A stretch of DNA of 64,000 nt from Mustelus asterias (lineage: Eukaryota). The stretch is taken from contig NC_135802.1 in assembly GCF_964213995.1 (NCBI RefSeq), positions 137,764,001-137,828,000 of the forward strand. The letters run 5' to 3'. Under the pieces are notes generated by a model. It saw nothing but the letters and a program-made list of their open reading frames with translations. It did not search any database and was not told where the DNA came from. Shown here piece by piece: positions 60,317-64,000 of this stretch. The first letter of the stretch is position 1. Each line of letters starts with the position of its first letter. The translations under genes and the position numbers were made by a program.

Positions 60317-63052
60317 GGGTGAAGTTTTCTCATCCCGCCCGCAGCGGGTATCATAGTGGGCGGGAGCGGAGAATCTCTTTCAAATCCGGGCAGCAAGAAC
60401 GAGTCCAACATTCACACTTGCAAGTTCCGGCTTTGTGAACCACCAGCCCATGATCTCTACTTTGGTCCTTGGTGCCCTGTGAATGCGTGCTCTCTGAGAA
60501 CTGAGTCCACTGAGAAACAAGAGCGATAGGAGAGAAGACTTGAAGCTTTTTCTTACATCTAATGAAGTACACATTGCAACTGTGATGAGGTCATGCCTAG
60601 GGACCTCTTCCTTGTCTTGTCTTCTGCCACTACCACTGAGGAGACACAAATGTCACTAGAATATCAGTGCCGATGAGCTGCCCTCGCTCAACGGTGTTCC
60701 TTGTGAAAGAAGTGTTAGAAATGCTTACATCACGCACTTCAAATCAAGATCTAAACACATCTCTCTGACATCACTCAAGGGTGCGGAGACTAGTTCAAGT
60801 GAGATTGATGTTAATCTCACAGTGGGATATTATCAATGAGTGGGAGGATGGCTAAACTTTGACATAAGAGGATTCCAATGTACAAAATTGCAATGCCTCC
60901 AGGTGACAAAAACATTCACAAATCATCAAATCTATTCACAAATCATCGGCAGCAGAGGTGGAGGCAGGCTGCTGACTGCTATATCCTGATGTGATTGCCT
61001 TAACAGACATTCTCTGATGGCCCAGGTCCTGTAAAGCCCCAGACTGATAAGGGTCTCCTGCACAAGGGCAGATGTACCCTTGACCATCTGAGCAGCTGGA
61101 GTTGGTGCAGGCACAGGTAAAGGGGACTGTCAGCAACTGCACACCCTTGGAGTGTCCTGAAAGGAGGTCCTCAGGGTGTCCGGCTGACGCTCAAACCCCG
61201 TGGATTCCCAAGGGCCCCGTCCTGACTCCTTGGAGAGGAAGTGCACCTGGAGGATGGTCACGGTGCCTCGTCTCCAGGTCACCTAGATCTTGGTGATGTG
61301 TGCAGCCAAGGTGTGCAGCCATGGAGTAAAATCAGGCTAGACATGCTGGACCAAGGTTGGTTTCCATGGTGACCTCGAGGCACTCACATGCCAGAGTCAT
61401 GACATCAATCCTCCATCACTTGCTCTAATCTGCAGTGTGGCTCTCAAATCTCTACCTGATGTTCTGTTGCCTGTTGCTGCATCTCCAGCATGGTGGCTGT
61501 TTGCAATAGCTCATCAGCGGATTCAAACCGAGCAGTCACTTCTTGCCAGCAGCTGTCCGAGTGCTGGAGACCCAGGTTATCCTTGCCTCTGACTGCTGTG
61601 GGATATGTCAGTGTGGTTCACTACACAAAGTGACCCCAAGTTTAATCTAGAGTTGTGCCCCATCGAGCTGTGCATCTCTGTGCTGCTGGAAGGTGTGGGG
61701 TGAGTGCTGTGATGGTTCTTCGTCATCTTCCTCTTCAGACGTGGTCTGGGGGCTGGGAATTCTGGTGGTGGGCTGCCTTGTGGGCCTTAATATGTTGCTG
61801 TCTGTATGATAGAGAATGGAGTTTCAATAGATGAACATGAGGAATATAAAACTGCATGTGACTCACTGATTGTGATGAACTGATAGAGGTGTGATCCATA
61901 CTAAATTCCTGAGATGACCCAATCTCCCCTTCCCCACAGGAGTAATCCCGGTTCTCCCCAGCAATCTTGACTGTGGCCTCCTCAAATCATGTGAGGGCAA
62001 TGGTATTGGCCGTGCCTTCCCCTGTCTGGGATCTTTCCTGCCTGTTGTGGGCAAGCTTGCCCTGGATGAAGGCACAAGAAAGGCAAGTGATGAGAAGAGA
62101 AGGAGCATGGGTTGGGAAAGAGTCATGCCCCCTGTGTGTGGTGCGCCCTCCCAGCTGGTCTGGGAATGGAGAGCAGCATAATAGATGGGATGGCGGTGAG
62201 CTGAAAGGTTTGTTCATCTATCTATTGTTGATGTAATGTGTCCCCTGCCAATGGTTGTGTGAGGCACCTGAAGAGAGTAGTCCTTAGAATACATTATGCC
62301 AGGATGAGTTAAGTTTATTTATTAGTCACAAGTAGGCTTACATTAACACTGTAATTAAGTTACTGTGAAAATCCCCTGGTCCCCACACTCCGGCGCCTGT
62401 TTGGATACACTGAGGGAGAATTTAGCATGGCCAACGCACCTAACCAGCACATTTTTTGGACTGTGGGAGGAAACCAGAGCACCCGGAGGAAACCCACACA
62501 GACACGGGGAGAACATGCAAACTCCACACAGACAGTGACCCAATCCAGGATTCGAACCCGGGTCCCCGTTGCTGTGAGGCAGCAGTGCTAATCACTGTGC
62601 CACCGAGCCACCCACTTTGATATTAGGGTGATTTGATGGATGACTTACGCTGACAGGGTGAATGAGATAATTCATCATTTTCCTGCAGTGGATATCATTC
62701 CCAGCCGTGGTTGACAGCCAAGGTGGCTTCCTTGGCGATGGCCTTCCAGGCCAGAGAGAGATGAGGCTGGTATGCTGTCTGGAACCGTCCTTGGGGCAAG
62801 GCACATCCTACGTGTCCACACTCCTCTGATCAAGGCCTGGAGGGAATCATATGGAGTCCGGACCTTCGACCCTACTGGGTAACAGCGAGGCAGACTAATC
62901 AGCTCCCGACTTGCCAGGTGATTCGGTCTGATATTCACCTGAGTATAATTAATGAGCTTCCAAGAGAGAGTTCCCACCAATCTGAGCAGTGGGCTGGGTG
63001 ACACCAAAACTGCTCACCACCGCACTTAGGCTCATAAATGAAAAATTCCACC
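60317..63052 (-). mobile_element. Degenerate PIF/Harbinger-like DNA transposon (with a SINE inserted)
   Basis: Inverted ends agggtgaagtttttc (60317) and gaaaaattccaccct (about 63053); PYDSLQALIRGVWTRRMCL resembles the Myb/SANT-like N-terminus. Confidence 0.5.
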
Positions 63053-63637
63053 CTATAAGTTAAAAAGTTAACAATGCGATGTGTTATGTACACAGACTTA
63101 ATAAAATGGAGCAAAAAAATGGTAAGTGTAGTTCATGCTATGAGCTTAGGTTTGGAAAATAGAGTTGTGAAGTTACTTTAAATTCAGCTCTGTAGGCAGA
63201 GCTCAATGGAAAAGTGAAAGTTGATGGGACCCTTGTTTAAAGGAAGTTATCAAAAATATAACCTGAAACCGGTTAGTAATCAAAACGATACACAATTCTA
63301 TCTTTCTTAATTGGAAATTGTTTGATGTTCTCAGGCCCAAGTCAATACTCGAACCTTTTAGGAACTGTTTTACATAGCAACAATATCTGAAAACGCAACG
63401 TTGGCTGTTTGGAGGAATGTGCAGCTGAATCCTTTCCATCTTAAATTATTCTCTTCACAGATTCATATTTGAAGCCCTTCCAATTTGCTGTTTGGAACCC
63501 AGCCTGGCCTGTCATTACAGCAGCACAGTGTGGGATGCTGGAACTCAAGGTGACACTGACATGTTTCTGCTGACATTCCTGCTGGCATGTTGCAGATTGT
63601 GTCCAGCACGGAACTAAAGTCAGCTGACCAAGAGCAG

Positions 63638-63700
63638 TCAGAGAACAGTACAACACAGATTTATAGCTATCTTTGGCCTTGGCTTGCTCTTTGAGGTCGT
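63638..63700 (-). CDS. Speculative alternative terminal exon in DCDC2 intron: TTSKSKPRPKIAINLCCTVL*
   Basis: Acceptor tttttttcatttgtgaaag|ACG in non-repeat DNA; the phase-0 reading ends in CC-T-V-L-stop (CaaX-like). The upstream exon lies outside the window. Confidence 0.3.
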   Translation of the reverse strand, partial: TTSKSKPRPKIAINLCCTVL

Positions 63701-64000
63701 CTTTCACAAATGAAAAAAATGTACAGATGAGCTAGTTCACTCTCTTCCAACTAGCTTAACCTTCCACTGATCTCGACAAACTGCTGTTAATGTGCCCAAC
63801 CGACTCATCAAATGAATCAAGTGCTTTTGCCTCCACTATCCTAACGATTCCAGGTATTCATCATTACAAAGAAGTCTTTCTTGGCATTAGTCCTGGGCTT
63901 GCATCTACCAGTTTCTGCCTGCTTTTCCTGGCCATGCAGTCATAGCTTCACTCAATCAGAATTAATCCCTTCTGTTTAATTTAACATCTGATACCATTGT

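Noticed and set aside
1-64000. CRISPR arrays, rRNA genes, prokaryotic or viral systems
   Set aside because: No repeat-spacer array, operon-like ORF density or viral hallmark genes; the DNA is vertebrate intronic/intergenic.

Overview
Repeat-rich vertebrate genomic DNA, almost certainly from a cartilaginous fish (shark), judged by its HE1/V-type tRNA-SINEs, CR1 LINEs, Deu-domain SINE and Penelope-like elements. Two genes converge tail to tail, as in the human NRSN1-DCDC2 locus. NRSN1 (neurensin-1) is on + with coding exons 32363-32551 and 34187-34591, a probable non-coding first exon near 25.9-26.0 kb and a consensus RE1/NRSE site in the putative first intron. The 3' end of DCDC2 is on -, with a 990-nt exon carrying an alternating A/B acidic repeat (50361-49372), a probable last exon (41291-41172) and a speculative alternative CaaX-ending exon (63700-63638). 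The rest is mostly nested transposon debris. The most striking non-genic signal is a set of Penelope-derived ends carrying minimal type-I hammerhead ribozyme motifs. They are repeatedly arranged as head-to-head fold-backs, two with exact target-site duplications. One family has a compensatory U3-A8 core (UUGACAA), and two cassettes contain copies of DNA found 1-2 kb away. All family and gene assignments come from reading the sequence and remembered consensus sequences; no database search was run. Most short ORFs in the track are repeat read-through.
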